A stretch of 64,000 nucleotides of DNA from a virus. Shown here in pieces: positions 1-10,796 of the stretch (position 1 is its first letter; every line of letters begins with the position of its first letter). The position numbers and the translations under genes are program-made. The stretch lies in IMG/VR virus record IMGVR_UViG_3300025141_000030; one strand, 5' to 3'. The notes under the pieces are model-generated. The model ran no database searches. It was not told the origin of the DNA and saw nothing but the letters and a program-made list of their open reading frames with translations.

Positions 1-567
1 AATCGATACGTTACGCTTAACTGTGTGGCAGATACAGCCGCCGGTGCGCAGGGAAGTGCCTTTACAATTCAGGCCAGGGACGGCACCTCAGGTAACTGTG
101 CTGAGCGACTTAGGATAGACGGTGCCGGCGACACTGAATTTTTTGGCAGCATATCTAAGGCTGGTGGGTCGTTTAAGATTGTCCATCCTGATCCGAGTAA
201 GGCTGAGACCCATACCCTTTGGCACTCATTTGTTGAGTCGCCTACTGCTGGGGACAATATTTATAGGTGGCAGGTCGATATTAAGGGTGATAGTTTAGAG
301 GTTGATCTCCCGGATTATTACTCATTTTTAAATTGTGATGATATGGCCTGGGTCACCCCTGTGGGCCACTTTGGTATTGGATATGCAGAGGTCAGTGAGG
401 ATCAAAAGGTGTTGACTGTCAGGTGTAATACCGCAGGTAAGTACAACGTGCTTTTAATAGGGACTAGAAAGGATAAGAGCGCTGCTAATTATTGGTCAGG
501 GACTGAGCGGGAAATATCCAGTCCAGTTGGTGACAATAGTTTACTGTTCAATGACAACACGGATTAA
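1..567 (+). CDS. C-terminal part of a tail fibre/spike-like protein (5'-truncated by the window edge)
   Basis: The frame is open from base 1 to the TAA at 565-567. ERLRIDGAG fibre-type repeat, then GGSFKIVHP..LWHSFVESP..NIYR..LPDY, a C-terminal module I associate with phage fibre proteins. Confidence 0.65.
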   Translation, partial: NRYVTLNCVADTAAGAQGSAFTIQARDGTSGNCAERLRIDGAGDTEFFGSISKAGGSFKIVHPDPSKAETHTLWHSFVESPTAGDNIYRWQVDIKGDSLEVDLPDYYSFLNCDDMAWVTPVGHFGIGYAEVSEDQKVLTVRCNTAGKYNVLLIGTRKDKSAANYWSGTEREISSPVGDNSLLFNDNTD

Positions 568-586
568 TAGTTAACGGATAAATGGC

Positions 587-1522
587 ATGGCTGGAATACT
601 CAATAATAAGACACGAATAATGGATACCATCCTGACCCTAGAGGGTCGTCGACAGATGGCAGAGGGTGAGCTGCGCATTGAGTTTGCTACATTTAGCGAT
701 GCATCAAGTTTCTATCAGGCATCCAGTTCGATGGGTGAGGCTGATGATGCAAGTAAGCGTATCTATTTTGAGGCATGTCACCTACCACAGGATTCCATTA
801 CATTTGAAGCTGATGACTCTGGGCGGCTAATGCCATTTCCTGCCGGCGATCTTGGTATTCTATCCGGCAAGATCCTATCAGGCAGCACTTCAAAGTATTT
901 ACAGGTCGTGACTGGTACTCAATTTGCGAGCCTGACCTCTAATCTCCTTATTTCTTCATTAGACAACTTTAAGAACCTTTATTCTATTGGTACTACTGAC
1001 ATATTTAGTGATACTAATACTTTTGAGATAAGCCAGAATCAGATAGCGTTTGAATTAACCGATAATGCTCCAATTGAAAGAGCAGGTGTTAAGAATATCG
1101 ATATAGATGATGCAGAGGCATTTTATCAGGATAAGAGGCTGGCGCACTTGCCTAACTATCAACACTTACCTCCAGTGAATATGCCCCCACCTAGCAATCC
1201 AGATCTTATGCATCCAATTGGTGATTATCCGAGACTGGGCCAACATCCATTCTTTTCATATGACGACCTGCAGGCTGACCTTGTCGGAAAGCCCAGTAAA
1301 ATTATTCGATTCGGCCCCACCTCTAAATCTAATTCTATGTTTGTTCAGTTTTTTGAACAGGGTCCAGATAGTTTAAAAAAATTGGATGTTATTGATTTTG
1401 GAAGTTTCTTAACTGACGATGCTGATTTTCCAGAGAAGCGTATTTTTTTTGTTGGAAAAATATTTATGGATGATCAACAAAGTCCTACCTTCGTTAACCT
1501 CTTTACGTTGGTGTTTGAATAA
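587..1522 (+). CDS. Putative virion structural protein
   Basis: 311-aa ORF. N-terminus (MAGILNNKTRIMDTILTLEGRRQM..F.D) resembles that of 10067..10774. ATAGTTAA motif upstream. Confidence 0.6.
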   Translation: MAGILNNKTRIMDTILTLEGRRQMAEGELRIEFATFSDASSFYQASSSMGEADDASKRIYFEACHLPQDSITFEADDSGRLMPFPAGDLGILSGKILSGSTSKYLQVVTGTQFASLTSNLLISSLDNFKNLYSIGTTDIFSDTNTFEISQNQIAFELTDNAPIERAGVKNIDIDDAEAFYQDKRLAHLPNYQHLPPVNMPPPSNPDLMHPIGDYPRLGQHPFFSYDDLQADLVGKPSKIIRFGPTSKSNSMFVQFFEQGPDSLKKLDVIDFGSFLTDDADFPEKRIFFVGKIFMDDQQSPTFVNLFTLVFE

Positions 1523-4071
1523 TGCCTAGAGTAGTCAAAAGATTTAATCCTAATATTATTAGAGTAAAGAGGGATTTTGCCTCTTTGCGAAAGTTTAGTT
1601 ACAGCTCCGGGGGTACTGAGTGGTATCGATATGAGATCAATGTAGACATTGACCAGATCACGGCCATGAAGAATGATGTCATCTATGCCGACATCTCCAT
1701 CTACTTGGAGCGACCGCCTAGGGAGCCGAGTCTTTTAATGCAATCTGCCGGCCGTGATAATTCAACCAAGGTCAGGTCGATGCTAAAGGGTTCACAGCGA
1801 GTCGGGCAGTCCGCGTCAAAAAAAGTACGACGTCCTAGGAAAAATAAGCCGCAACAGCTGATAAGAAATCTTCAGATGCGAAGTTCATTTAGAAAGGACA
1901 TGAGGAGAAAAAGGAAAAGGAGCTCTGTCTATCGGACGAAGCTTGACTTTACGGCATATTACGATAATGAGCTGGCCAAGAAGATCAAGGATCTTAATCG
2001 TGTCAGGGCCATGTTGCTAATGAGGGCCCGCCGACGAGTGGTGCTTATGTCCCTTCGTGATATTAAGCGATCTAACCAGCGAGTTCCGCTGCTTAAGGTT
2101 CAAAAGAAGGGATATAGGGCACCGACTAAGAGGACATCTCGTGCCGCGTCTGTCAGCCTCGTTATGAATGCAGGTATAGATCCCGCGTCCGTCTATAGGA
2201 AAAGAAAGAGGATTCAGTCAACACAGAAGGCTATTGGCGGTATTACTATGCGGGCCCATCCCAGAATTAAGGCGTCGTCGGCAGCAATTAAGCCGCTCCT
2301 AGTTGGTGGTGAGTTTCAGAGAAATAGCGTTATAAGGAATCCAAGGTTTTCTGAAGATAGCCTCATACCTGTCGTGAGAATACTCCCGGTGCCCGATGTC
2401 AACGCCAGGAAAAGGTTCTGGATAAGCAGTAAGCGGCTCAAGGGAAAGTCTAGATTTTACATAAAGATAGACGTTAGAAATAATCGAAAAAAGATCCTAT
2501 ACAGCACCGTCAGGAGAGTGGATCACGCGCGTCAGATGGCTGCTCTTAACACCCCCCGTAGGTCTCCAAGGATACTTTTCTCTCCCTATCGAAGGCATGG
2601 CAGGAATGTCTTAGAGGTTCGCCAACGAGACCCTGTGGCTACACATATGGCACTCTATAGGAAGAAGATCGATCGCGCCGTGGAAAATCTCAAATATGCG
2701 CGATATGAGAGAATAGGCTTGCTAAAGATATCCAAGAGCGATAATGTTAAGAAGTTTATAGACAGGATTGATAATTCCAAGACTTATATTTACAGGGCGG
2801 TTCCTATCGGGCCTACCGGGGAAATTGGCATTAAATTTCGCTCTGCCGTAGCCCGAGGCATTCCAATTAAAAATGCAAAGGTCGCAAGGCGAATAAATAA
2901 CCTCTCTTTGACAACAACTATAGGTCGTACAGGGATTGATGTCCGTGTTAGCGATATGCCAGTCGAGCCTGTTGCTGTAAAGGTGCTTAGAAGGGACATG
3001 ACACTACGTGAACAGGCTTATGTAATTATAAATGACCCGGATCCTGTGCGACTTATTGGAGATCCTGATGGTATCATAGAGTTCGTTTCTACAGATACCA
3101 AGGAGGATCACATTTATGAGTTCGCGGCAGTTCTAATCTATGAGGACGGTGATGAAGACTACGCGACATCTAATTCCCTTATAGAGTATAACGCTATTAA
3201 GGTAGATGTGGTGGAGTCCAAGGCATCAGCTGTAACGCTAGAGACGGGTTCAGGTGGCGCTTATGATATTACTTTTAATATAAAGACTAGAATAGTACCA
3301 GGTGAGGAGGACATTATAAAGAGTGCCCTGGAGGAGCAGGATTTACTGGGTCAGTACAGTGATCTTGTGACTGCTAATCGGGAGGAACTTGAGCAGCTTG
3401 TGACTCACACTATACTGAGGACTGACCTTACTACCGGTCACTTGAGTAACCTTGGCCTCTTCGTGGCAGGTGCTTTTTCAGACTCCCATGCCGCACAATT
3501 AGTTGGCGCCCCTCCTCTTAGTAGGGGGCACAGTTATCGCTATACGATAATTCCACAACTAAGAAGCCCAGAGACACTATACCAAAATTATGAGACTACA
3601 AAGACAGACCCACTGACCGGAAAACAGTACACATTTCGACCAAGCAAGTTTAAGAGCCCGATGGTGCTTTCCACTGGAACCCTCCCCGGCCGCGGAAGGT
3701 CAAGTCGTATTACTGCAAAGAACGCCTTCGAGCAGGGTGCTGTCGGCTCACCTATCTATTTAAAAGTTGATGTGCCTCCGGCAAAGCCGACAGTGACCAC
3801 ACTCAAGGCCAGCAAGCTAGATCGGGACACCGTGGAGATAAGGTGGAAGGTGTCCGGTGATGCCGATCTGATAGATTTTTTCATAGTCCAGGCTGTTAAA
3901 ATGGACGGCGTGGAATTTATTGGTGTGGCCCACAACGATCCCAATATTAACAGTTTTAAGTTTTATGACGAGCTGGACGATCACGATCAGCAGATATATT
4001 ACAGGGTCAGGATGGTGTACTGTAACTATTCGGCATCTAGGACATTCAATTCTAATAGGGTGGTGGTTTAA
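1522..4071 (+). CDS. Large hypothetical protein, very basic N-half, FN3-like beta domains in the C-half
   Basis: 849-aa ORF with TAATG overlap. Arg/Lys-rich N-half. YIYRAVPIG and PTVTTLKA..VEIRWKV..FFIVQ..YYRVR segments look FN3-like. Confidence 0.55.
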   Translation: MPRVVKRFNPNIIRVKRDFASLRKFSYSSGGTEWYRYEINVDIDQITAMKNDVIYADISIYLERPPREPSLLMQSAGRDNSTKVRSMLKGSQRVGQSASKKVRRPRKNKPQQLIRNLQMRSSFRKDMRRKRKRSSVYRTKLDFTAYYDNELAKKIKDLNRVRAMLLMRARRRVVLMSLRDIKRSNQRVPLLKVQKKGYRAPTKRTSRAASVSLVMNAGIDPASVYRKRKRIQSTQKAIGGITMRAHPRIKASSAAIKPLLVGGEFQRNSVIRNPRFSEDSLIPVVRILPVPDVNARKRFWISSKRLKGKSRFYIKIDVRNNRKKILYSTVRRVDHARQMAALNTPRRSPRILFSPYRRHGRNVLEVRQRDPVATHMALYRKKIDRAVENLKYARYERIGLLKISKSDNVKKFIDRIDNSKTYIYRAVPIGPTGEIGIKFRSAVARGIPIKNAKVARRINNLSLTTTIGRTGIDVRVSDMPVEPVAVKVLRRDMTLREQAYVIINDPDPVRLIGDPDGIIEFVSTDTKEDHIYEFAAVLIYEDGDEDYATSNSLIEYNAIKVDVVESKASAVTLETGSGGAYDITFNIKTRIVPGEEDIIKSALEEQDLLGQYSDLVTANREELEQLVTHTILRTDLTTGHLSNLGLFVAGAFSDSHAAQLVGAPPLSRGHSYRYTIIPQLRSPETLYQNYETTKTDPLTGKQYTFRPSKFKSPMVLSTGTLPGRGRSSRITAKNAFEQGAVGSPIYLKVDVPPAKPTVTTLKASKLDRDTVEIRWKVSGDADLIDFFIVQAVKMDGVEFIGVAHNDPNINSFKFYDELDDHDQQIYYRVRMVYCNYSASRTFNSNRVVV

Positions 4072-4072
4072 A

Positions 4073-7000
4073 ATGGCACGTGGAAAGTCTCCCGGCGGTC
4101 GTAATTTTAGCGGCCTCTCACAACAGCCTACAGGTAAGTCGCGACGAGGTAGGCAAAAACAGAACCAGAAGCAGTCGAAGAAAAAGCAGTACAAAACCTC
4201 AGGAAAGCTGCAGCGGAAAAGACAGCCTGATCCGCCACCGCGATATAAGCCTCCTGTTGAGAAGACTAAGAAGTATCCGTCTCCCAAGCCACCGCCACCG
4301 CCTGCTTTTAAGGCACCACCCAAACCTCCAGTTCCGACATCTGAGCAGTTTGATGAGAAGATGCCAGTCTCCACCCAGACACTGCCATCAAATTACAACC
4401 CCGTCAAGCTTCGAGGTTTTGCTGATAATCGACCTGAAATACTGTGTGTTACTGATTTTCTTCCGGCCTATAAGCGTCAGGCTAGTACCAGGGACTGGTC
4501 AAGAACAAGAAAGATACTGCCAGTAGGTGAAAAACTTATGGTTATGTTTGACTTGGCAAGGCTGAGGGATTCAAACCTTAAAAAGCTTATTAGCGCCCTT
4601 CGAGATGACGAAGATGCAGCTAAGATAGTCGATAAGATTGAGGCTGATTATGATGTCAAGATAAAAGACGCCATTGCTGACATCAGGGCCCTTTCATCAT
4701 TGTTTGTTAATCTCGAGACTGCAAAGGACGCCCTTAACCTGCGAAAGAGCCAAAATAAGATTATGGCTGCACTCGCTACAAAGACAGGTGACTCGTTCGA
4801 GGTTAACACATATCAGGATATTTTGGAGGAACTGGGATTTAGTCGTGATAATATAAACCAGTTCTCGAACACCAAGGTGCTAATGCAGATAGTGCAAGAC
4901 CTGTCGGTAATTTTAGGCAACTATTCTCCGTCGCTTCTGGGAATTATTAATCCTGACAGGGTCGACGACGACGACCAGTTCGAGCTGTCTAAGACTATCT
5001 TTGATCCCAAGCAAGAGCCGATGATTATGGATAATCTAAGAAAACTTGGAGGAGACTCACAGCTGAGCGGCGTTCAATATCATCGAATTGCCCTTCGCTT
5101 CTTTCAGGATATTGCTAGCGAGAATGTCTTCGATAGTGTACCTAATAAGATTAAATTTTTATTGAACCTCATTTCCAAGGAGATGATTATATCATCAGGC
5201 TTAGGCAACGTTCGAACGAGGGGCATGCTGAGCCATTGGGGTTCGAAAAATCAAGGTAATATTTTTGATAATATTTGTGGTGTTTCTGGTGATACTGTTA
5301 CGGATGCGCCGCTAGGTAGCGTTCGTGCGCTAATGTCATTGATGAATATTTCAGACCGTGCAGGTAATACAGTCCTTCCTTTTGAGTCACCGCTAACAAC
5401 AGACATCGACGATGGTTTCGTATCAGGCACTGAATTTTTTATTGATGCCATACTCCAGGGCCAGACTGAGTTTAATCCCGCTCCATTTATTGCGTTTATT
5501 AAGAATGTGGCCTTTTCGGGAAGACAAGCTGAAGCCGTAATTGCAGATAATATATTATCATTACGGGGGACCTGGAGTACCAGGGCCCGACGGCCCTCAT
5601 CACATAATTTGTTTGATGAAATAGCTGAAGATTTTAAGGTGTTTTTGACATCTAACCAGGGAAAGTCAGCATGGAAGTGCAATAAGGAAGAGGCACAGCT
5701 GGCACTCATGGCGCTTGGCGAGACAAATATTGAGCTAAAAATGCTCCTTTACCAGTACACTATTCTGGCAGGCATCTATGCCAACACCAGCGGTATTCGA
5801 ACAAAGAATACATCAGTCGCATACTCGAATATTACCCTGGTCAATGTCAGGCATGTCAGTGATCTTCCAGCACTTAAGATAAAAAAATACAAAGGCTCAG
5901 GCATAAATAATAGCTTCTCCTTTACTGATCACGTTGATCCTGGTGCTATTGCTGACATAATAGATGCCATTGTCGGAAGTGTCGCCGCTCTTCTCGGCAC
6001 CGGTAAAATGTCAGAGATGACTACAACTGATTTTGTCAGCGGACATTTTGGAGGTGTGGATGTCATTAGTGAGGCTGAGCTTAGGGCATCGCTGGAGGAC
6101 ATAGGAAATTCGGAACTGCCACTCCAGTCAATAAACTCATTTTTAAATAAGCAGGTCGCTGCAGCGAATATAGGATTTAGTGGACAACCGGCTGAGAATT
6201 ATTATATAGATTCAAATCGCAGGACAAGGTTTAGCCTTATCCCACCCGCTGTCCTGGTCGCAATTGTCTATGAGGCTTATTCATCTTTCGCTATGCTGAC
6301 AGGCATATCGCTGCAGTCAATGGAAACAATCACCACAAAGACAACGGAACAAGTCCCTGATCCGACCGACCTACGCTCGGCCGGGGGCAGGTACATAACG
6401 CAGACAGTTATTAATACAAACAGGAGATTTCGGGTTAAATATGATGGAACTTTAGGCTCAGCAATGACCTCCGGCCTCCTAGTCACGAGCGGCCATGCTG
6501 CGTCCGATGTGGCGACCCTCCTAGAGAAGGATTTTAATAGCCTTGTGCAGCGGCCTGGTATTAAAATTGGTGAAGAACAGCAGGATGCTTTAGATAAGCT
6601 AGCGGAAGGGGCAAACACCGGCGCAACAGCAATTAATAGAAGGATACACGAAATACAGGCAATACGAAGCGCCCTCGAGGCCGAGGAAAACCTGATAGTA
6701 TCTATGATAAACTTCATATTCACATATTTTAGTTTTGTTGTGAGTGAGGCGAAACCGCTGCAGGAGTTATTGGCTTTACAAAGAGACGAGAAAGGGCGCG
6801 CAAAACGTAACGCTAGTGGAGGATTTGCAAGTAATATGGACAGAATTAGAGGCTTTCAAAGAAGGGTGGACTCAAGGGATATTTTTGCAACATTAAATCC
6901 AGCACAGATTGCCCTATCAATCCGGGAGGGCCTGGAGGTTCAAAAGACGCTTCAGGGAAAACGACGTAATGTGTCGGCTTTTAGCGATCAAAATCTAATA

Positions 7001-8200
7001 TCCTCTGCATCTAAGAATATGTTGATGGCCATGTTAAGGGAGCCTAGGTTTAAGGGGGGTGATGCAGCATCTAATCTTAAGCTAGTTACTGTTGGAATTC
7101 CTAGCGGAATGAAGGCATCACTAAAGAGTCTTGAAATTTTAGGTGAGGACTCACCAGGTCCCGAGAAAGAGGTGGATATAATAAACATCAATGTCTTTAG
7201 GCGGGACGTGGAATTTGACGATATAGTCTTTAAGCCAATGAGCTTTTTATTTGAGCTGTCTAGGTTTACTGACGTTAAGAGAAACAGGCTCAGGAGAAGG
7301 ACGCGGTTGTATGGCACCTCTAACAGCTACAGTGCGGCTGGCGATGTTAGAACTATCGATATTCAGGTCGATGAGGATTTTAAGTGGGGCGGAGGAAACA
7401 ACCTCGGAATTAGCGGCGATGCCTATGACACCATTCACACGATTGGTGAGGGCCCTGAGTATGACATGCTTACCACGACAGAAAAACATCAGATGTTTAA
7501 CAATCACATCACTAGTTATTTTTTAGGAGTTTACCTGAGGCTTTTAACTGATATGGACTTTAGGGAGTCTTCGTTTTTAATAAATAATACGATGGCGGAG
7601 ATGAAGGCAGACGAGAAGGACAGGGCTCAATTTATGAAGCTGCTCCTGACAAGGGTTAAAAATGTCGCCGGCCGGCCCATTACAGTAGACCAGCTCAAGC
7701 AGTCGAGCGACGAGATCGCTAAGGCATTTAATAAGATGGGAAATAAGGACTCCTGGATCGCCAGCGCTGCTGAAAAGAATGTGTCATCCGGCCTGGGCTC
7801 ACTAACCCGCAATGCAAATTTAGAGATAGCAGATGACACACTGGCATTTGTGAAGACATTTAGTCCTGATTCACTCCTTACAGGTGCTGGCGTGACTGCA
7901 AAGAGACTAGTCACACCCAAACTGTTTGAGAGAATATTTCATCTTCCGGTTGACTTGGATGAGTTTGAAATTGATGTCGAGGCTACCCGGGCAACGCAGA
8001 GCGGATCAAAAATGCTTGACTCTGCTGGATTTAAGACACATTTAAAGGAAATGCCTGACGGTGCCCTAATGATGAAGTCACGTCCTACTAATAATGGGTA
8101 TCATATTTTGAGCGAAATTTTTGTTAATATTGACACTAAATTTGAAAGCAATAAGGACGGTGAGCTGGTCAGCACTGTACCTCGAGGAGGAGCCGATTAA
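4073..8200 (+). CDS. Very large hypothetical protein (~1375 aa) with basic, Pro-rich N-terminus
   Basis: ATG at 4073, one base after the upstream stop. The track start at 3920 overlaps the previous gene. No catalytic motif recognised. Confidence 0.6.
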   Translation: MARGKSPGGRNFSGLSQQPTGKSRRGRQKQNQKQSKKKQYKTSGKLQRKRQPDPPPRYKPPVEKTKKYPSPKPPPPPAFKAPPKPPVPTSEQFDEKMPVSTQTLPSNYNPVKLRGFADNRPEILCVTDFLPAYKRQASTRDWSRTRKILPVGEKLMVMFDLARLRDSNLKKLISALRDDEDAAKIVDKIEADYDVKIKDAIADIRALSSLFVNLETAKDALNLRKSQNKIMAALATKTGDSFEVNTYQDILEELGFSRDNINQFSNTKVLMQIVQDLSVILGNYSPSLLGIINPDRVDDDDQFELSKTIFDPKQEPMIMDNLRKLGGDSQLSGVQYHRIALRFFQDIASENVFDSVPNKIKFLLNLISKEMIISSGLGNVRTRGMLSHWGSKNQGNIFDNICGVSGDTVTDAPLGSVRALMSLMNISDRAGNTVLPFESPLTTDIDDGFVSGTEFFIDAILQGQTEFNPAPFIAFIKNVAFSGRQAEAVIADNILSLRGTWSTRARRPSSHNLFDEIAEDFKVFLTSNQGKSAWKCNKEEAQLALMALGETNIELKMLLYQYTILAGIYANTSGIRTKNTSVAYSNITLVNVRHVSDLPALKIKKYKGSGINNSFSFTDHVDPGAIADIIDAIVGSVAALLGTGKMSEMTTTDFVSGHFGGVDVISEAELRASLEDIGNSELPLQSINSFLNKQVAAANIGFSGQPAENYYIDSNRRTRFSLIPPAVLVAIVYEAYSSFAMLTGISLQSMETITTKTTEQVPDPTDLRSAGGRYITQTVINTNRRFRVKYDGTLGSAMTSGLLVTSGHAASDVATLLEKDFNSLVQRPGIKIGEEQQDALDKLAEGANTGATAINRRIHEIQAIRSALEAEENLIVSMINFIFTYFSFVVSEAKPLQELLALQRDEKGRAKRNASGGFASNMDRIRGFQRRVDSRDIFATLNPAQIALSIREGLEVQKTLQGKRRNVSAFSDQNLISSASKNMLMAMLREPRFKGGDAASNLKLVTVGIPSGMKASLKSLEILGEDSPGPEKEVDIININVFRRDVEFDDIVFKPMSFLFELSRFTDVKRNRLRRRTRLYGTSNSYSAAGDVRTIDIQVDEDFKWGGGNNLGISGDAYDTIHTIGEGPEYDMLTTTEKHQMFNNHITSYFLGVYLRLLTDMDFRESSFLINNTMAEMKADEKDRAQFMKLLLTRVKNVAGRPITVDQLKQSSDEIAKAFNKMGNKDSWIASAAEKNVSSGLGSLTRNANLEIADDTLAFVKTFSPDSLLTGAGVTAKRLVTPKLFERIFHLPVDLDEFEIDVEATRATQSGSKMLDSAGFKTHLKEMPDGALMMKSRPTNNGYHILSEIFVNIDTKFESNKDGELVSTVPRGGAD

Positions 8201-10066
8201 ATGCCAATGTCATATCCATCCCCTGCTGCTGTCTTTGTTGATATTGGTGAGGTAACCACATTTGATGCTGATTTTCACTATAATTTTTTCACGACTGATG
8301 AGCAGACCAATGATAGTGGTGAGGTACCTGATTTTTTGAGGCTTAAGAAGTCAGAGTCAATTGATGCTCGATACATCGATAACGTCAGTCGCGTCACTCC
8401 GCGATTTATTAGACTGACTTTCAAGCCGGTAAAATCCAATGAGTATTCTAAGCCACCTAATGAGTTCTTGCACCAGGACAGTCTAAGTTCCTTTTCCCGA
8501 AATTTTTCTATTAAAAAATATTACAGTAGCATGATGTTTGAGGGAGATTTTACGGCAAATGATTACATCAACGTAGAGTTTTATGACAGTCAGATTGACA
8601 ATAAGCTGTTCACGGCCGTATCAGGCTCAGTCACAAGAATTGCTAATGTTCAAAATAGAAGAAGAAAGAAGCAGATTCGAGCCGAAATAAGCACGCTCAA
8701 AAAGCGGGCATCATCGGCAGTCGGATCGCTATTGGATGGTGCGCGTTCTCTTAATGATGTGACCCCAGATGATATTAATTCCGAGTTTATTGTCAAGTCG
8801 CTAGTTAGGTTAGATAAACTAGGTGCCAGTATCGTTGATGAGGAGAAGCAAAAGCTCCGCCGTCGAAGAAAATTTGACAGGATTAAGAATATTAAGATGA
8901 ATGCCCGTGTTAACAGTGCTGTCATGGGGGATGTGGTAAGGGGCATCGTTAACTCTCCAATAGGCCTACTAGCAGATGATTTTGCTCCTCACCTTAAAAC
9001 CGCCGAGAGTCTCCAGGCCCGCGCTATTGCTGGTCGCGATGGTGGTGCCCTGAGACTTTCTGATTATGAGTCAGCGGCAACGCCTATTATGGAGACAGAA
9101 CTGGAGACAGACGACTTTAATGGGCGATTTGAGCTGGTAGGATATGCTATTGAGAAGTTTGAGGTGACAGAGGCTGGTCAATTACACCAGATGGAAACTA
9201 TTTTTGTTAACGATATTTCCGTGGGCTCGGTGCTGGACACAAAGGTTGCCTACGGCTCCAGGTATTTTTACTCCATTCGGACGGTGTCACTGGTCACGCT
9301 TGCATCAACTGCAGATGACTCAGAAGAGATTACCGCCTCCACTTTCATGGTGGCTTCGTCGCCTCGGACAGCAGTCACTAACTGTATTGAGGAGGTTCCG
9401 CCGCCCCCACCGGTTGACTTTAACGTGATATACGATTATCAGAACCGCCTACCTCGCTTATTTTGGAATTTTCCCGTAAACACACAACAGGATATAAAAC
9501 AGTTTCAAATATTTAGAAGGAAGACCGTTAAAGATCCATTTATGCTATTGAGGGTTTATAATTTTGACGACAGTGAAATTATTACTCCCCCCGCGGAGGA
9601 CATATTTGAATTTTTGGTCGACGAGATGAAGTCTCCTAAGACTTTTTATGATGATTCGGAGTTCACGAAGGAGAGCAAGTTTATCTACGCTGTCTGCTGT
9701 ATAGACGCTCACGGATACACCTCAAATTTATCTGCACAGTTTGAGATTTCGTTCGATACTTATAAAAACAGGCTCAATAAAAGGCTTATTTCTAGGTCAG
9801 GAGCCCCAAAAGCATATCCTAACTTATACTTATTGGAAGACACGTTTGTTGACGTTATTAAAGATTCGGGTCACGATAGGATGACTGTGTATTTCGATCC
9901 GGAATTTTTGGACGTCTTTAACGATGATGGAGAAAACTTGGGACTACTTGCAACTGACAAGAGAGACGGCAGGTATAAGGTCCAGTTTATAAATACAGAT
10001 TTACAGCAATCGCAAAATTTAGATATTATTATTAACGATCTGCGAATGTCTGAGGAGAACAATTAA
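8201..10066 (+). CDS. Hypothetical protein with FN3-like domains (putative virion)
   Basis: 621 aa, abutting both neighbours. DTKVAYGSRYFYSIR and PPPPVDF..LFWNFP..FQIFRR..YIYAV-like (FIYAVCCIDAHGYTS) patterns. Confidence 0.6.
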   Translation: MPMSYPSPAAVFVDIGEVTTFDADFHYNFFTTDEQTNDSGEVPDFLRLKKSESIDARYIDNVSRVTPRFIRLTFKPVKSNEYSKPPNEFLHQDSLSSFSRNFSIKKYYSSMMFEGDFTANDYINVEFYDSQIDNKLFTAVSGSVTRIANVQNRRRKKQIRAEISTLKKRASSAVGSLLDGARSLNDVTPDDINSEFIVKSLVRLDKLGASIVDEEKQKLRRRRKFDRIKNIKMNARVNSAVMGDVVRGIVNSPIGLLADDFAPHLKTAESLQARAIAGRDGGALRLSDYESAATPIMETELETDDFNGRFELVGYAIEKFEVTEAGQLHQMETIFVNDISVGSVLDTKVAYGSRYFYSIRTVSLVTLASTADDSEEITASTFMVASSPRTAVTNCIEEVPPPPPVDFNVIYDYQNRLPRLFWNFPVNTQQDIKQFQIFRRKTVKDPFMLLRVYNFDDSEIITPPAEDIFEFLVDEMKSPKTFYDDSEFTKESKFIYAVCCIDAHGYTSNLSAQFEISFDTYKNRLNKRLISRSGAPKAYPNLYLLEDTFVDVIKDSGHDRMTVYFDPEFLDVFNDDGENLGLLATDKRDGRYKVQFINTDLQQSQNLDIIINDLRMSEENN

Positions 10067-10774
10067 ATGGGGTGGTTGCAGGGAGATACTAATAACATTA
10101 TCGTGGACGCCGTTTTGACCGATCTCGGTCGACAGTTCCTTTCTAGGAATGATGGCTCTTTTTCTATCGTTAAGTTTGCGCTTGGCGATGATGAGGTGGA
10201 CTACCTCACAATCCAGAAGTACGGCCGGACGGTCGGAAAGGAAAAGATTGAGAAGAACACGCCCGTCCTCGAGGCACAGACAAACGGTAACCTGGGGCAG
10301 AAGTTTAGACTGGTAAGTCTCTCTAATCCAAACCTGCTTAGGCTGCCAACACTGGAGCTTACAGGACCAAGCCTCACTAGTAATGTGCTGTCGCTGGGTC
10401 GTAACACGTCCAAGTCGTCCACGCTGACCCTGACCCAGACCATACAGAACGAGGAGTCGATTGACGTCGAGCTTCGAGACCAGGCGTTTATCGTGGAGCT
10501 CAGCAACCTGTTCCTACAGGTGGAAGGTAACACTCCCGATACGGTGGATGCCAGCCAGCGTGCCACCTATCTCCTCACTAGGGACGCCGGCGAGACAGAT
10601 GCCGGAGGCTCTATCCTGACATTTACAACACAGGTCAAGGCGATTACCAACGCACAGTTCACAACATTTGGGACAACACAGGACAAGAATATAATCCGGA
10701 CATTTGTCAAGATTACAGGCATCCAAAGCGGTGCTGTCAAGGAGTTCCAGGTTAACGTGAGCAAGGCTCTGTAG
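10067..10774 (+). CDS. Putative virion structural protein (tail-collar/baseplate-like N-terminus)
   Basis: 235 aa. IVDAVLTDLGRQFLS..FSIVKFALGDDEVDY motif. Confidence 0.6.
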   Translation: MGWLQGDTNNIIVDAVLTDLGRQFLSRNDGSFSIVKFALGDDEVDYLTIQKYGRTVGKEKIEKNTPVLEAQTNGNLGQKFRLVSLSNPNLLRLPTLELTGPSLTSNVLSLGRNTSKSSTLTLTQTIQNEESIDVELRDQAFIVELSNLFLQVEGNTPDTVDASQRATYLLTRDAGETDAGGSILTFTTQVKAITNAQFTTFGTTQDKNIIRTFVKITGIQSGAVKEFQVNVSKAL

Positions 10775-10796
10775 CGATTAACCGGAGAGATATTAG

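Noticed and set aside
3920-4072. Track start of the 1426-aa ORF
   Set aside because: It overlaps the previous gene by ~150 nt; ATG 4073 just after the stop is more plausible.
4073-8200. Chimallin or a virion RNA polymerase subunit
   Set aside because: No DxDGD-type polymerase motif or other recognisable similarity by eye. It cannot be fully excluded without a structure search.
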